A model generated the notes under the pieces. It was not told the DNA's origin and did no database searches. It saw nothing but the letters and a program-made list of their open reading frames with translations. Positions 17,347 through 27,882 of a DNA stretch of 42,628 nt are shown here, one piece after another; the first letter of the stretch is position 1; each line of letters begins with the position of its first letter. The stretch is from Nitrospirota bacterium (GTDB lineage Bacteria > Nitrospirota > Thermodesulfovibrionia > Thermodesulfovibrionales > SM23-35): contig JAZDLE010000028.1 of NCBI GenBank assembly GCA_043802315.1, positions 1 through 42,628 on the forward strand. The letters are read 5' to 3'. The translations under genes and the position numbers were made by a program.

Positions 17347-18708
17347 ATGCCGAAAGTAAAGACCTTTTATCAGTGTCAGACATGCGGTTACACGAGCCCT
17401 AAGTGGCTCGGCAAATGCCCTGACTGTGGAACGTGGAATAGCCTTGTTGAAGAGAGACAAGAGACGATTTCTCATCGGACTTCTCTACCAGCTCATTTCC
17501 GTAAAGCAGAACCCCAGTTCCTGAGTTCAATAAAAGCCGGATTCGAACAGAGGACTTCAACAGGAATAAGAGAACTCGACAGGGTTCTCGGAGGCGGCGT
17601 TATTACAGGCTCAGTAATACTCGTTGGAGGCGACCCTGGCATAGGCAAATCCACATTACTCTTGCAAGCCCTTCCGGGTCTTTCGAGATACGGCCAGGTG
17701 CTCTATGTCTCAGGAGAAGAGTCCCCTGAGCAGATAAAAATCAGGGCAGAAAGGCTCTCGATTAACTCTGATGATATCATCTTACTTTCAGAGACTTCAC
17801 TCAGAGGTATTGTTGATACAGCATTAAAACTTACCCCGAAGGCAATGGTTGTAGATTCCATTCAGACTGTCTATACCGAGGAGATTCTTTCTGCGCCTGG
17901 CTCTGTAAGCCAGGTGAGGGAATGTGCAGCGAAACTGATGATCTTTGCAAAGAAGTCAGATATCCCTGTATTCCTTGTCGGCCATGTAACCAAGGAGGGA
18001 GCAATCGCTGGTCCTCGTGTACTCGAACATATTGTCGATACTGTCCTTTATTTTGAAGGTGACAGGGGACATTCATACCGCATCCTGAGGACGGTAAAAA
18101 ACCGTTTCGGCTCAACAAATGAGATCGGTGTTTTCGAGATGTCTGATTCAGGTCTCAGAGAGATAGAAAATCCATCTGAACTCTTTCTCTTGGAAAGGCC
18201 ACTGAACGTATCAGGCTCAACCGTCGTTGCAGCCCTTGAAGGTACAAGACCCCTGATGGTCGAGATCCAGTCCCTTGTCTCCCAGACCAACTTCGGGATG
18301 CCTCGAAGGACAACCATAGGCGTTGACTTTAACAGGGTTAACCTCCTTGTGGCGGTGCTCGAAAAACGGGCAGGTCTCCACCTGGGAGGAATGGATATAT
18401 TTGTCAATGTTGTGGGAGGACTCAGGATCATTGAGCCTGCTGTTGACCTCGGCATTATTTCGACAATAGCCTCATCTCTCAAGGATGTGCCCATAGACCC
18501 GAAGATCTTTGTCTTTGGAGAGGTCGGCCTCTCGGGTGAGATAAGGGCAATTGCGCAGGCAGAGGTAAGGGTAAAGGAGGCATCAAAGATTGGGTTCAAG
18601 AAAGCCGTGATGCCTTTAGGAAATGCCGAAAAGATTAAAGATAGTCTCGGATTAGAGATCATAGGTGTAAAGGATGTTGAAGGCACTCTCGAGGCTGTTC
18701 TCAGTTAG
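17347..18708 (+). CDS. radA: DNA repair protein RadA (Sms)
   Basis: CxxC...CPDC zinc finger, GDPGIGKST, KNRFG motif, Lon-like C-terminus. Confidence 0.97.
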   Translation: MPKVKTFYQCQTCGYTSPKWLGKCPDCGTWNSLVEERQETISHRTSLPAHFRKAEPQFLSSIKAGFEQRTSTGIRELDRVLGGGVITGSVILVGGDPGIGKSTLLLQALPGLSRYGQVLYVSGEESPEQIKIRAERLSINSDDIILLSETSLRGIVDTALKLTPKAMVVDSIQTVYTEEILSAPGSVSQVRECAAKLMIFAKKSDIPVFLVGHVTKEGAIAGPRVLEHIVDTVLYFEGDRGHSYRILRTVKNRFGSTNEIGVFEMSDSGLREIENPSELFLLERPLNVSGSTVVAALEGTRPLMVEIQSLVSQTNFGMPRRTTIGVDFNRVNLLVAVLEKRAGLHLGGMDIFVNVVGGLRIIEPAVDLGIISTIASSLKDVPIDPKIFVFGEVGLSGEIRAIAQAEVRVKEASKIGFKKAVMPLGNAEKIKDSLGLEIIGVKDVEGTLEAVLS

Positions 18709-19306
18709 CATTACGCTGATTTTATTCTTCTCTTGCGTGACGAAACGGATTGAAATTCCTGTATACGAAGGTATTGATGTAAGGGATGTTCTCTCTGCAA
18801 AGAACAGTATTTCAGCGATGGATGCCACATTCTCCATAATCTTCGAAAAAGGTGACAGCGAGATGAGAGGTGAGGGAGTTCTGAATATATCCAGAATCGG
18901 TGATCTTAGTCTCCGAGTATACTCCTTCGGATTTCTTGCCCTCGAAGTCACATCCGAAAATGGCATGATAAAAAGCAATCCTCGAATTGACAGAAACAAA
19001 AGCAAAATACTTACCCAGGGCTTGCGAGACTGTCTCTTCTGGTGGGATATACAGGACTTCGAGATTGATGAGAAAGACGGTATGTATCTTCTTAGAAATT
19101 TCTCGAGAGAGATATGGTTAGACAAAAAAACGATTCTGCCGATAAAGCAGAGGGTTTCCCTCGAAGATGGGAAAGAGCTTCGTATCTCTTATGAAGATGT
19201 GGAGAAGATGGGTGATGTCTGGTACCCTTCAACGATTAAGATAGAGCTCTCTCAATATTCTGTGACACTGAAGATGAGAGAAATATTATTCACCAGCGCC
19301 GTCTAA
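18674..19306 (+). CDS. Putative lipoprotein, LolA/LolB-like fold
   Basis: Lipobox-like FFS-C; IWLDKKTILP, Y.D....GDVWYP..I.I pattern typical of LolA-like folds. Overlaps the radA 3' end. Confidence 0.65.
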   Translation: MLKALSRLFSVSITLILFFSCVTKRIEIPVYEGIDVRDVLSAKNSISAMDATFSIIFEKGDSEMRGEGVLNISRIGDLSLRVYSFGFLALEVTSENGMIKSNPRIDRNKSKILTQGLRDCLFWWDIQDFEIDEKDGMYLLRNFSREIWLDKKTILPIKQRVSLEDGKELRISYEDVEKMGDVWYPSTIKIELSQYSVTLKMREILFTSAV

Positions 19307-20113
19307 ATCGAGGCCAATAGCCACTGTCTTTGTTGTCTGATCATCTACGGAATCTGTCTTGAGCAGATATCCCTCAAGAAGGGCATTATCGCAGACTACG
19401 TTTATAAGCCTCGGCACACCCTTTGAATACTGAAATATAAGCTTCAGGGCATCCTCTGTAAATATCTTCTTATTATTACACCCTGCAACCGAGAGCCTGT
19501 GATCAATATAGCTCCTTGTGTCTTCCTCAGAGAACGCCTGGAGTCTTATCTTCACAGCTACCCTCTGCCTGAGGGGTTTATCCAGGGAAAGGATGTTATC
19601 AAACTCAGGCAGACCGAAGAAGATGAAATTGACCAGCTTTCCTTCTGGTGCCTCCATATTCAAGAGACCTCTGAACTCTTCCATAATTCCCATTGAGACC
19701 AACATCTGTACCTCGTCGAGCATAACAACAGTCTTTTTCCCTTCTTCTTTGATCTCGTACAGTCTCTTGTAAATCTGAGACAGGAGTTCTACCTTATCTT
19801 CCTTTACATCGGAAACACCGAGCTGCATTGCGAATTTCCTCAGGAGCCACTCTGCACTGACTGTGGAGTGAACCACCATCAGGAGGGCTGCCTCATACCT
19901 ATCCTCATCCAATTCCTCAAGAAACAGTCTTGCGAGGGTTGTCTTTCCTGTCCCTATGTTACCAATGACAACAGCTAGACCTTTTCCTGTATCCACGGCA
20001 TATCTCAGTTTTACAAGGGCATTTGAGTGCTGTGGACTGTTATAGTAAAACCTGTTGTCAACGACATTAGAGAAGGGATGTTCTTTCAGGCCGTAATACT
20101 CTAAATAATCCAT
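19286..20113 (-). CDS. ExeA/GspA-like AAA ATPase
   Basis: Y.EYYGLKEHPFS, GNIGTGKTT (Walker A), MLDEVQ, LRQRV, GVPRLINVVCDNALL. Confidence 0.88.
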   Translation of the reverse strand: MDYLEYYGLKEHPFSNVVDNRFYYNSPQHSNALVKLRYAVDTGKGLAVVIGNIGTGKTTLARLFLEELDEDRYEAALLMVVHSTVSAEWLLRKFAMQLGVSDVKEDKVELLSQIYKRLYEIKEEGKKTVVMLDEVQMLVSMGIMEEFRGLLNMEAPEGKLVNFIFFGLPEFDNILSLDKPLRQRVAVKIRLQAFSEEDTRSYIDHRLSVAGCNNKKIFTEDALKLIFQYSKGVPRLINVVCDNALLEGYLLKTDSVDDQTTKTVAIGLDLDGAGE

Positions 20114-20176
20114 ATATTCACCTTATCACAGTTCACAGTTTGAAGTTTTTGAGCTGGCAAGCTATCCGGCTTTATC

Positions 20177-22435
20177 TTAAAGGTATGATATCCTGTCTTT
20201 CTTATTCTTGGGTTTCCCCTTGTCAGCTATTTTTTGTATCTTTGCTTTGACCTTATTTATCTTTTCTGAAACAGCTCGAAATTTTGCATTCCATCCATAC
20301 ACCTGGGTATATGCAAGAAAAGCCTCTTTGAGGTTGCCATTTTTTTCATACGCCTCGGCAAGGTCATATTTCATTGCCCAGTAAGACTCATCCCTGTCTT
20401 CCATCTTCTCAAGGGTGCTGCTCAAGACTTCTATAGCAAGGGGATAAAGGCCCTTTTGTTTATAACATATACTGAGCATACTGGAAGAAAGGACAAAGAT
20501 TTTCGGATCATTCCGTGATATCTGGAATTCTTTTATTGCATCGTCTATGAATCCCAGCCCCTTGTACGCGAGTCCGAGGTTATAATGCGTTTCATGGTCC
20601 TTCTCTTCGAGCTCTGTCTCAAGACCCTTTTTAAATTCATTGAATATACTGAGAACATCACCGTCGAGGACGGGCTCATGTGCTGCCTTTTTATCAGGTG
20701 TTTTATCTTCAGCAGAGACAGGTTTTCTGTCCTTTTCTTCAACTGCTTCCAGTGAAATGAGTTTCTGTTTTATCTCTTCATTTTCGGGAAAGAGTTGGTG
20801 TAGTTTTTCTAAAATCTCTCTTGCCTCATCTATTAAGCCCTGTTTTGAATAAAAATCAGCCTCTGCAATCTCCTCGCTGTAATTCTCTATGGAAAGCCCT
20901 TCTCGGGACGTAACAGAGACCATCTCTTCAGGAGCAGGAATCTCTACCTTACCAGTAAGTCTCGGGTCTTCAGGGTTTATTTTATATGCCTCTTTTAATA
21001 CCTGTTCACTCTTCTTACTATCACCAGCCCTCCCATAGAGCTCGCACAGGATAAGGCATTCTGTAACTGCCTGTTCCTTGTTATCTGTATTTACATAGAG
21101 TGACTTTAGTTTCAAGTGGAGATCGATATTTTCGGGTTCTCTCAGACTCAGTTCTCCAAGGAGATTCCTCGCATCTTCAAACAGGCCATACTGGAGGAAT
21201 ACCTCTGCCTCTACAAGGGCTTCATCAACGGTCTTCTCTTCCTTTACCGGGAGCTGTACCGCCGCGTCTGTTTCCCTCTCGAGGTTAATAACTATAGCTT
21301 TGAGTGAATTATCATCAGGGGTTATTAAAAGGGCTTCCTTGTAACAGTTCAGTGCCTCCTTTTGCATGCCCTTTTCTGTATATACGTTGCCGAGAGAAGC
21401 CAGCTCTTGAGCTACCCTGAGATTCTCACCTTGTTGTCGGTAAAGGGTAACGAGTCTCTTCCCTGTCTCCAGGGGGTCGATATCTTTGAAGGACTCGAGG
21501 AGCTTTATTGCATCATCGGAGTTCATGTCAAGTATCATATCGTCAAGGATATTCAGATATTTTGTCCATGCCTTCTCTCTGTCACCCTTCTTTATATAGA
21601 TCTCTCCCAAGAGCCTTGCTGCCATGATATTCGCAGGCTCTATTTCTGATACCTTATTGAGACATTCCATTGCGTCATCGAACCTCTCAGCAGTTGAATA
21701 AATCTCAGCGCACCCGAGATAGATATCGGTGTCCTCTGGGAAGAGGGAAGTTGCACCTTTAATCTGTTCAATGGCGAGATCGAGATTGCCTGTTTTCGCA
21801 TAGAGATGGATGACTCCTAAGATTGCCTCTTTGTTTGAAGACTGGATATCAAGGGACTTCTGATAGTATTCTAACGATTTCTCTGTTTCTTCCTTTTCCT
21901 CGTAAAGCCTTGCTATATTAAGATATTCTCTTGCAGCCTCTGGGCTGAGGCCTTCCTTCGTATATATCTCTGCTACTTTAACCCTGAAAGGGATATTGGA
22001 AGGAGAAATGGCGATTATCTTATCGTATATCTCAAGGAGCTTTTCTTTTCTCCCTTCCTTTGAAAGACTGTCAGCTGCTGAGAGGTAATATTTTATAGCA
22101 TCTATTTTAAGGCCCCTCTCCTCATTAATTTGACCGAGAGCAAAAAAAGCATCGGCATCAGAGGGAGTTATATTGAGTACCTTCTTATACAGCCCTAATG
22201 CCTTAAGAGAAAAGCCTTCATTCATGAAAAAACGTGCAGCCTGATGGAAAGAGTCTACAGCATTCTTCTGATCACCTGTTTTCAGATAGAGATCACCGAG
22301 AGCATTATAGGTATTGCCATCAGGGTATTCCTTTATCAATTTCTCCCAGGCATCAATGGCTTTATCTATTTGACCCCTTGCGAGATACTTCTGAGCTTCT
22401 TTTATTACGGCTGCTTTACTTGACATTTCACGCAT
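20177..22435 (-). CDS. Large tetratricopeptide-repeat protein (SgmX-like architecture)
   Basis: Multiple TPRs, two EA(E/D)xxxxxGL repeats, C-terminal ETHYNLGLAYK TPR block. Confidence 0.8.
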   Translation of the reverse strand: MREMSSKAAVIKEAQKYLARGQIDKAIDAWEKLIKEYPDGNTYNALGDLYLKTGDQKNAVDSFHQAARFFMNEGFSLKALGLYKKVLNITPSDADAFFALGQINEERGLKIDAIKYYLSAADSLSKEGRKEKLLEIYDKIIAISPSNIPFRVKVAEIYTKEGLSPEAAREYLNIARLYEEKEETEKSLEYYQKSLDIQSSNKEAILGVIHLYAKTGNLDLAIEQIKGATSLFPEDTDIYLGCAEIYSTAERFDDAMECLNKVSEIEPANIMAARLLGEIYIKKGDREKAWTKYLNILDDMILDMNSDDAIKLLESFKDIDPLETGKRLVTLYRQQGENLRVAQELASLGNVYTEKGMQKEALNCYKEALLITPDDNSLKAIVINLERETDAAVQLPVKEEKTVDEALVEAEVFLQYGLFEDARNLLGELSLREPENIDLHLKLKSLYVNTDNKEQAVTECLILCELYGRAGDSKKSEQVLKEAYKINPEDPRLTGKVEIPAPEEMVSVTSREGLSIENYSEEIAEADFYSKQGLIDEAREILEKLHQLFPENEEIKQKLISLEAVEEKDRKPVSAEDKTPDKKAAHEPVLDGDVLSIFNEFKKGLETELEEKDHETHYNLGLAYKGLGFIDDAIKEFQISRNDPKIFVLSSSMLSICYKQKGLYPLAIEVLSSTLEKMEDRDESYWAMKYDLAEAYEKNGNLKEAFLAYTQVYGWNAKFRAVSEKINKVKAKIQKIADKGKPKNKKDRISYL

Positions 22436-22539
22436 CTATAAAACTATCACAATTGCAAAAAGGGTGTCAATAATCGGAATCACAAGAGGGAAGGGTTTCT
22501 CAATAATGAGAACAACTTTTCCAGCACTACAGGAATGGC

Positions 22540-24150
22540 TCATTTTCTCTTAAACATCTTCTTCAAATCTTCCAGGGAAAGAAAAATTCTTGTTGGTCTG
22601 CCATGGGGACAATTGTCAGGATGGAGACAGTCCTGAAGGTCTGAGAGTAATTGAGAAATCTCTTCCTGTTTCAGTATTGTTTTCCCACGCACAGATTGAT
22701 GGCATGCAATTTTAGCAGCAAGGGCTTCTCTCAGTTCTTTATCTGGAGCAACGCCCTCGATAAGGTATGATGCGATATCCGAGAGGATACCCCTGATATC
22801 AGCTTCTGTTAAGACTTCAGGCAGTGAACGGACAATAATGGTATCATATCCAAAATCATCTACCTCTATCCCAAAATCTCTCAGAATTGAGCTATTTTGA
22901 AGGATAACACGATATTCCTTGTGTGATAATCTCACCTGCTTAGGGAAGAGCAATCGGTGTGAGTTGATATCACCTCCCCTGAGAAATTTCTCGTAAAGGA
23001 TCCTTTCATGGGCTGCATGTTGGTCAATCAGTGCCAACCCTTCTCGGCCTGAGAGGGCGATGAAGGCATCTCCGAGGTGTATGAAAGATAACGATGGCTT
23101 GTATCCGAACTCGAGTGCCTCGGATACCATGGAGGGAGAGAGAGATTCATAAGGCATTAACCGTGGAGCTTGAGGGAGAGCCTCTCTGATACTGGATTGT
23201 ACAAAATGATAGATAGATTCCTTGTTTTCGAATCGTACTTCACGCTTTGCTGGATGGACATTAAAATCAACTATCATGGGATCAATAGTGAGAAAGAGGA
23301 AAAAGACAGGATGCTTTTTTTGAGGAAGTATTTCTTCATAGGCATTATATACAGCATGTGCGATAGAAGGGTCTCTGATTGGCCGCTTATTGATGAAGAT
23401 AAACTGATGTGCCTTACTATTTCGAAAATTGTTCTCTCGTGCTACGAAAGAATTCATCTTTATATCTGCTGCCTCAGTATTAATCTCGATAAGGCCATCG
23501 AGGAATTCATCTCCGTATATCTGCATTATCCTCTCCCTCGGAGAAGATGCAACGGGAATGCGCAAGGTTTCATGGTTATCCGATACAAGGCTGAAGCCGA
23601 TCTCATAATGAGCGAGTGCCTCTTCTGTGACTCTGTCAATAATATGGAATAGTTCTGTGTTATTTGTTTTCAGGAACTTCCGCCGCGCAGGGGTATTAAA
23701 AAAGAGATCTCTTACCTCAACCGTTGTTCCGACGGATGGAGAATCCTTGACCGCATTTACCTCTCCACCCTGTATTTCCACAGAGACACCTTGGTATGTA
23801 CCTGGGGGCGCTGTTACAAGTTTCACCTTTGTAACAGATGCAATGGATGGAAGGGCTTCACCCCTAAATCCCATTGTCCTTATATTGAAGAGGTCATCTT
23901 CATTGAGGAGCTTACTCGTTGCATATCGTTCGAAACAGAGGAGGGCATCTTCTCTCTCCATACCCTTGCCATTGTCTGAAACCTTAATAAGCCGCTTTCC
24001 ACCATAGAGAACCTCTATCCGTATATCAGTACTTCCTGCATCAATAGAATTCTCTATAAGTTCCTTTACAACAGAAGCAGGCCTTTCAATAACCTCACCT
24101 GCTGCAATCTTGTTTCTTAAAATGGGTGGAAGGATCTGGATGTGCGGCAT
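22540..24150 (-). CDS. mutL: DNA mismatch repair endonuclease MutL
   Basis: IAAGEVIERPASVVKEL, GFRGEAL, DQHAAHER, ACH, CPHGRP; short linker (536 aa). Confidence 0.97.
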   Translation of the reverse strand: MPHIQILPPILRNKIAAGEVIERPASVVKELIENSIDAGSTDIRIEVLYGGKRLIKVSDNGKGMEREDALLCFERYATSKLLNEDDLFNIRTMGFRGEALPSIASVTKVKLVTAPPGTYQGVSVEIQGGEVNAVKDSPSVGTTVEVRDLFFNTPARRKFLKTNNTELFHIIDRVTEEALAHYEIGFSLVSDNHETLRIPVASSPRERIMQIYGDEFLDGLIEINTEAADIKMNSFVARENNFRNSKAHQFIFINKRPIRDPSIAHAVYNAYEEILPQKKHPVFFLFLTIDPMIVDFNVHPAKREVRFENKESIYHFVQSSIREALPQAPRLMPYESLSPSMVSEALEFGYKPSLSFIHLGDAFIALSGREGLALIDQHAAHERILYEKFLRGGDINSHRLLFPKQVRLSHKEYRVILQNSSILRDFGIEVDDFGYDTIIVRSLPEVLTEADIRGILSDIASYLIEGVAPDKELREALAAKIACHQSVRGKTILKQEEISQLLSDLQDCLHPDNCPHGRPTRIFLSLEDLKKMFKRK

Positions 24151-24274
24151 CTCAACCTCATCTGAAATGGGTATCGTGTCTCAGTTCTTCTTTTCTTAAT
24201 TTCTCTTTCTATGATATTCTAACATACGAAACATGCATGAAGGATTCATGAAATAATTTCTTTCAAGGGATCAC

Positions 24275-24748
24275 ATGAAAAAGGGGAAGGAACTGAGACC
24301 TGATTGGGATGAATACTTCATCGGCATTGCAAAGGCTGTCTCCACAAGGGCTACCTGCCTGAGGAGAAAGTATGGTGCTGTTATTACAAAGGATAACGTT
24401 ATCGTCAGTACGGGCTACAATGGCGCCCCCTCGGGGATGAAAGACTGTCTCGAGGTTGCTCAATGCACGAGAAAAGAGCTCCAGATTCCTCATGGCGAGC
24501 GGTATGAGCTCTGCCACAGTGTGCACGCAGAGGCAAATGCGATCATTCGTGCCTCTGTCGATGAATTGAGAGGTGCAACAATTTACGTAGCAGGAGTTGA
24601 TGATGGAAGGAATGAATGTTGTGCTGAGCCATGCATGATGTGTAAGAGGATGATATTGAATTCAAAGATAACAAAGGTTGTTTACTCAGACGGGAACATG
24701 GGATTTGTGGTTGTTGATCCCAGGAAATGGTTAAAGAAGAGGGTTTAG
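24275..24748 (+). CDS. dCMP deaminase family protein (ComEB-like)
   Basis: RPDWDEYF, STGYNG, HAEANA, PCMMC zinc motifs. Confidence 0.9.
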   Translation: MKKGKELRPDWDEYFIGIAKAVSTRATCLRRKYGAVITKDNVIVSTGYNGAPSGMKDCLEVAQCTRKELQIPHGERYELCHSVHAEANAIIRASVDELRGATIYVAGVDDGRNECCAEPCMMCKRMILNSKITKVVYSDGNMGFVVVDPRKWLKKRV

Positions 24749-24760
24749 GAAGGGGAGATC

Positions 24761-25750
24761 ATGAAGAATATTCTTGTGACAGGGTGTGCCGGATTTATTG
24801 GGTGGAAGGTTTCTGAACAATTGCTTGGTGAAGGTATGAATGTTGTTGGTGTAGACAACCTCAACGATTATTATGACCCACGTCTGAAAGAATGGCGGCT
24901 CGCACAGTTAAAGGGTAAGGGAACAAAAGACAGGAGTAATGCAGTATTCAATTTCCATCAATGTGATATCGCTCATTTTCATACCGTCAAAACAATCTTT
25001 GCCAATCATAAACTCGATGCTGTTATCAATCTCGCTGCACGGGCCGGGGTGAGGGCATCTGTGGAGGATCCATGGATTTATCTTGATACAAATACAAAAG
25101 GTACCTTGAATCTTCTCGAGTGCTGTAAAGGATACAGTGTTCATAAATTCATCTTAGCATCAACCTCCAGTCTTTACGGTTTTAACGAAATGCCTTTCAG
25201 AGAGTCAGATAGAACTGATACTCCTTTGGCACCTTATTCAGCAACCAAAAAGGGGGCTGAAGTTCTCTGTTACAGCTACCATTATCTTTATGGCCTTGAT
25301 ATAAGTATACCGAGATATTTTACGGTCTACGGTCCTGCGGGGAGGCCTGATATGAGTATTTTTATCTTCATAAAAAACATCGATAATGGTATCCCGATAA
25401 CTGTTTTTGGAGACGGAAAACAACAGAGAGATTTTTCCTACGTCGATGATATCGCAGACGGGACATTAAAATGCCTTCAGCCTTTTGGGTATGAGATATT
25501 CAACCTTGGCAATGATAACCCTGTTGAATTAATGTATGTGATAAACCTGATAGAAGATGCCCTTGGTAAGAAAGCAGTTATGAAGTTTTTACCCCGTCAT
25601 CCTGCTGATGTTTTTGCAACCTGGGCAGGTATTGAAAAATCAAGGGATACATTGAACTGGTATCCGAAGACAGCCATAGAAGAAGGTATTAAAAAGACGG
25701 TTCAGTGGTATAAAGAAAACAGGGCATTCGTTAACAGTTTGAGGGATTAA
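24761..25750 (+). CDS. NAD-dependent epimerase (UDP-glucuronate 4-epimerase-like)
   Basis: TGCAGFIG, LAARAGVR, YSATKK, FTVYGPAGRPDM. Confidence 0.9.
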   Translation: MKNILVTGCAGFIGWKVSEQLLGEGMNVVGVDNLNDYYDPRLKEWRLAQLKGKGTKDRSNAVFNFHQCDIAHFHTVKTIFANHKLDAVINLAARAGVRASVEDPWIYLDTNTKGTLNLLECCKGYSVHKFILASTSSLYGFNEMPFRESDRTDTPLAPYSATKKGAEVLCYSYHYLYGLDISIPRYFTVYGPAGRPDMSIFIFIKNIDNGIPITVFGDGKQQRDFSYVDDIADGTLKCLQPFGYEIFNLGNDNPVELMYVINLIEDALGKKAVMKFLPRHPADVFATWAGIEKSRDTLNWYPKTAIEEGIKKTVQWYKENRAFVNSLRD

Positions 25751-25760
25751 GATTTCAGAT

Positions 25761-26222
25761 TCAGGATTTCTCGAGTTCTTGTAAAAGGTCACACATTTTT
25801 ACCTTCAGCAGGGGATGGATTCTCTCTGGTGCAATCTCACACAGGGGTTTCAGAACAAAATCTCTCTTATGCATCAAGGGATGAGGAATTTGTAAATTAT
25901 CTCCCCTTAAAAAAAGGTCGTTGAAAAGGAGAATGTCGAGGTCAATGATGCGAGGCCCCCATTTAAAGGTTGCTCCTCTGCCAACTTCTTTCTCTACATC
26001 CTTTAAAATCCTCAAAAGCTCATGAGGTTCGAGTCCTGTCTCTACCTCCAGAGCCATGTTTATGAATTGAGGTTGATCTTTTACACCCCATGGCTCTGTC
26101 TCATACATGGATGACCTCTTTTTGACGATTATTCCTCTTTTCTCAAGGAACTCAATTGCACGCAGACAGTTTTTCTGCCTGTTACCCAGATTAGAACCTA
26201 TGCCGATGTAAGCAATAGCCAC
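25761..26222 (-). CDS. folK: 2-amino-4-hydroxy-6-hydroxymethyldihydropteridine diphosphokinase
   Basis: YIGIGSNLG, YETEPWG, WGPRIIDLDIL, PHP..HKRDFVL. Confidence 0.96.
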   Translation of the reverse strand: MAIAYIGIGSNLGNRQKNCLRAIEFLEKRGIIVKKRSSMYETEPWGVKDQPQFINMALEVETGLEPHELLRILKDVEKEVGRGATFKWGPRIIDLDILLFNDLFLRGDNLQIPHPLMHKRDFVLKPLCEIAPERIHPLLKVKMCDLLQELEKS

Positions 26223-26239
26223 ATCATTATCTGTATCTG

Positions 26240-27412
26240 TTAAAGAATTTTCCCTATCCTCACGACTGCCTCTTTTATCCTCTCCACAGAAGCTGTTAAT
26301 GCAAACCTCACATAACCTTCTCCTGCTTCTCCAAAACCATTACCGGGTGTTGCGAGCACTCCTGCTCTGTTCAGCAGGTACGTCACAAAACCCATAGAAT
26401 CAAAATGAGAAGGTATCTTAGCCCAGATGTAAAAGGTAGCCTTCGGTTTCATGAGATGCATACCGAGTTTCTTTAAACCAGCGTAAAGGGCATCTCCCCT
26501 TTCCTGATAGGTTTTTCTTATCACCGATAGAACACGATCATCTGTATCGAGGGCAACGACAGCTGCTTCCTGTATGGCCTGAAAAACTCCTGAATCGAGA
26601 TTTGTCTTTATCTTTCCAAGACCTGCTAAGATTTCTCTGTTTCCAACAGCAAAACCTATCCTCCATCCTGTCATATTGTATGTCTTTGAGAGCGAATGGA
26701 ATTCGATACCCACATCTTTTGCGCCAGGTATCTGCATAAAGCTCACAGGTTTTTTATCGTAGTAGATCTCAGTGTATGAGGCATCATGGCAGACAATGAT
26801 GTTGTACTTTAACGCAATTCTTATTATTTCTTTATAAAATGTTATGGGTGCCATCGCTGAAGTCGGGTTATTCGGGTAGTTTAAAAAGATGAGTTTTGTT
26901 TTCCTCAATGTGTGTTTGGGTATTGTAGCAAGATCAGGCAAGAAGTTATTCTCTTCTCTGAGAGGCATAGCATAACTTTCTCCCTCGGCAAACAACGTAC
27001 TCACTGAATAAACAGGATATCCAGGAGATGGTACAAGTACAGTGTCACCTGGATCGATGAATGCTAACGGGATGTGGCCTATGCCTTCTTTCGAACCGAT
27101 TAGTGAGAGCACCTCTGTCTGCGGATCAATCCTGGCGCCAAATCTCTTCTTATACCATCTCGCAACAGCCTCTCGGAAAGAAAGCATACCCTCATATGAG
27201 GGATAACGGTGGTGAATAGGTTTCTCAACAGCCTTTTGCATGGCCTTTACTATATGGGGTGGCGTGGGGAGATCAGGATCACCGATACTCAGATCAATGA
27301 GGTCAGAGCCTTTTTCTATCGCCTGCTGTTTCATCCTGTCTATGGATGCAAAAAGATAAGGTGGTAGATGCCTGACGCGACTGGCGAGTTCAACAGAGAT
27401 TTTTTTCTCCAA
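26240..27412 (-). CDS. dapL: LL-diaminopimelate aminotransferase (class I/II PLP enzyme)
   Basis: LPPYLFA, GSKEGIGH, NYPNNPT, HSLSKTYNMTGWRIG. TTG start after AGGAGGT. Substrate assignment is inferred. Confidence 0.8.
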   Translation of the reverse strand: MEKKISVELASRVRHLPPYLFASIDRMKQQAIEKGSDLIDLSIGDPDLPTPPHIVKAMQKAVEKPIHHRYPSYEGMLSFREAVARWYKKRFGARIDPQTEVLSLIGSKEGIGHIPLAFIDPGDTVLVPSPGYPVYSVSTLFAEGESYAMPLREENNFLPDLATIPKHTLRKTKLIFLNYPNNPTSAMAPITFYKEIIRIALKYNIIVCHDASYTEIYYDKKPVSFMQIPGAKDVGIEFHSLSKTYNMTGWRIGFAVGNREILAGLGKIKTNLDSGVFQAIQEAAVVALDTDDRVLSVIRKTYQERGDALYAGLKKLGMHLMKPKATFYIWAKIPSHFDSMGFVTYLLNRAGVLATPGNGFGEAGEGYVRFALTASVERIKEAVVRIGKIL

Positions 27413-27882
27413 AGATACCTCCTGGTTTTCGTGTCACTATTATACTATATGGAATACCAAATGGAATACCAATTGAAGAAAAATGAAACAAAAAATCTTG
27501 ACAATACAAAAGATTTGAGCAACAATGTTTATGTAAAATACTATGAATTATTTCCCATCGAAATATTCGTATGGGGCAGAGAAAGCTCAAGTATGATGTA
27601 TGGAGTATTTGCAGTCATTGAAGATGCCGCAGCGTTTATAACAATTACTCTCCTTTTCTGCTCTCCCGAGTGTTGCACTTCATTGTTGAACTGGCGCTTT
27701 TTAAGGTTTATCCCCAACTCTAAAACTGCCTATCTTAGGCTTATGAAAATAAAGATAAAGACAAAGCAAAAACAACTTATTGACCAATTTGCCAAGAGGT
27801 AATGTCCTATGAACATTTTGGGATATCATGAACGATTATCTCTATTTGCTCGGAACTTCTTTAGCAGTTTACGAGGTGCATT

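Noticed and set aside
18048-19125. Minus-strand ORFs of 212 and 157 aa
   Set aside because: Antisense shadows of radA and the lipoprotein gene; the same applies to other short antisense ORFs in the track.
27368-27802. 144-aa ORF between dapL and the kinase
   Set aside because: Overlaps the dapL start and promoter-like sequence; the YMEYQMEYQ repeat comes from the 12-bp duplication; no family motifs.
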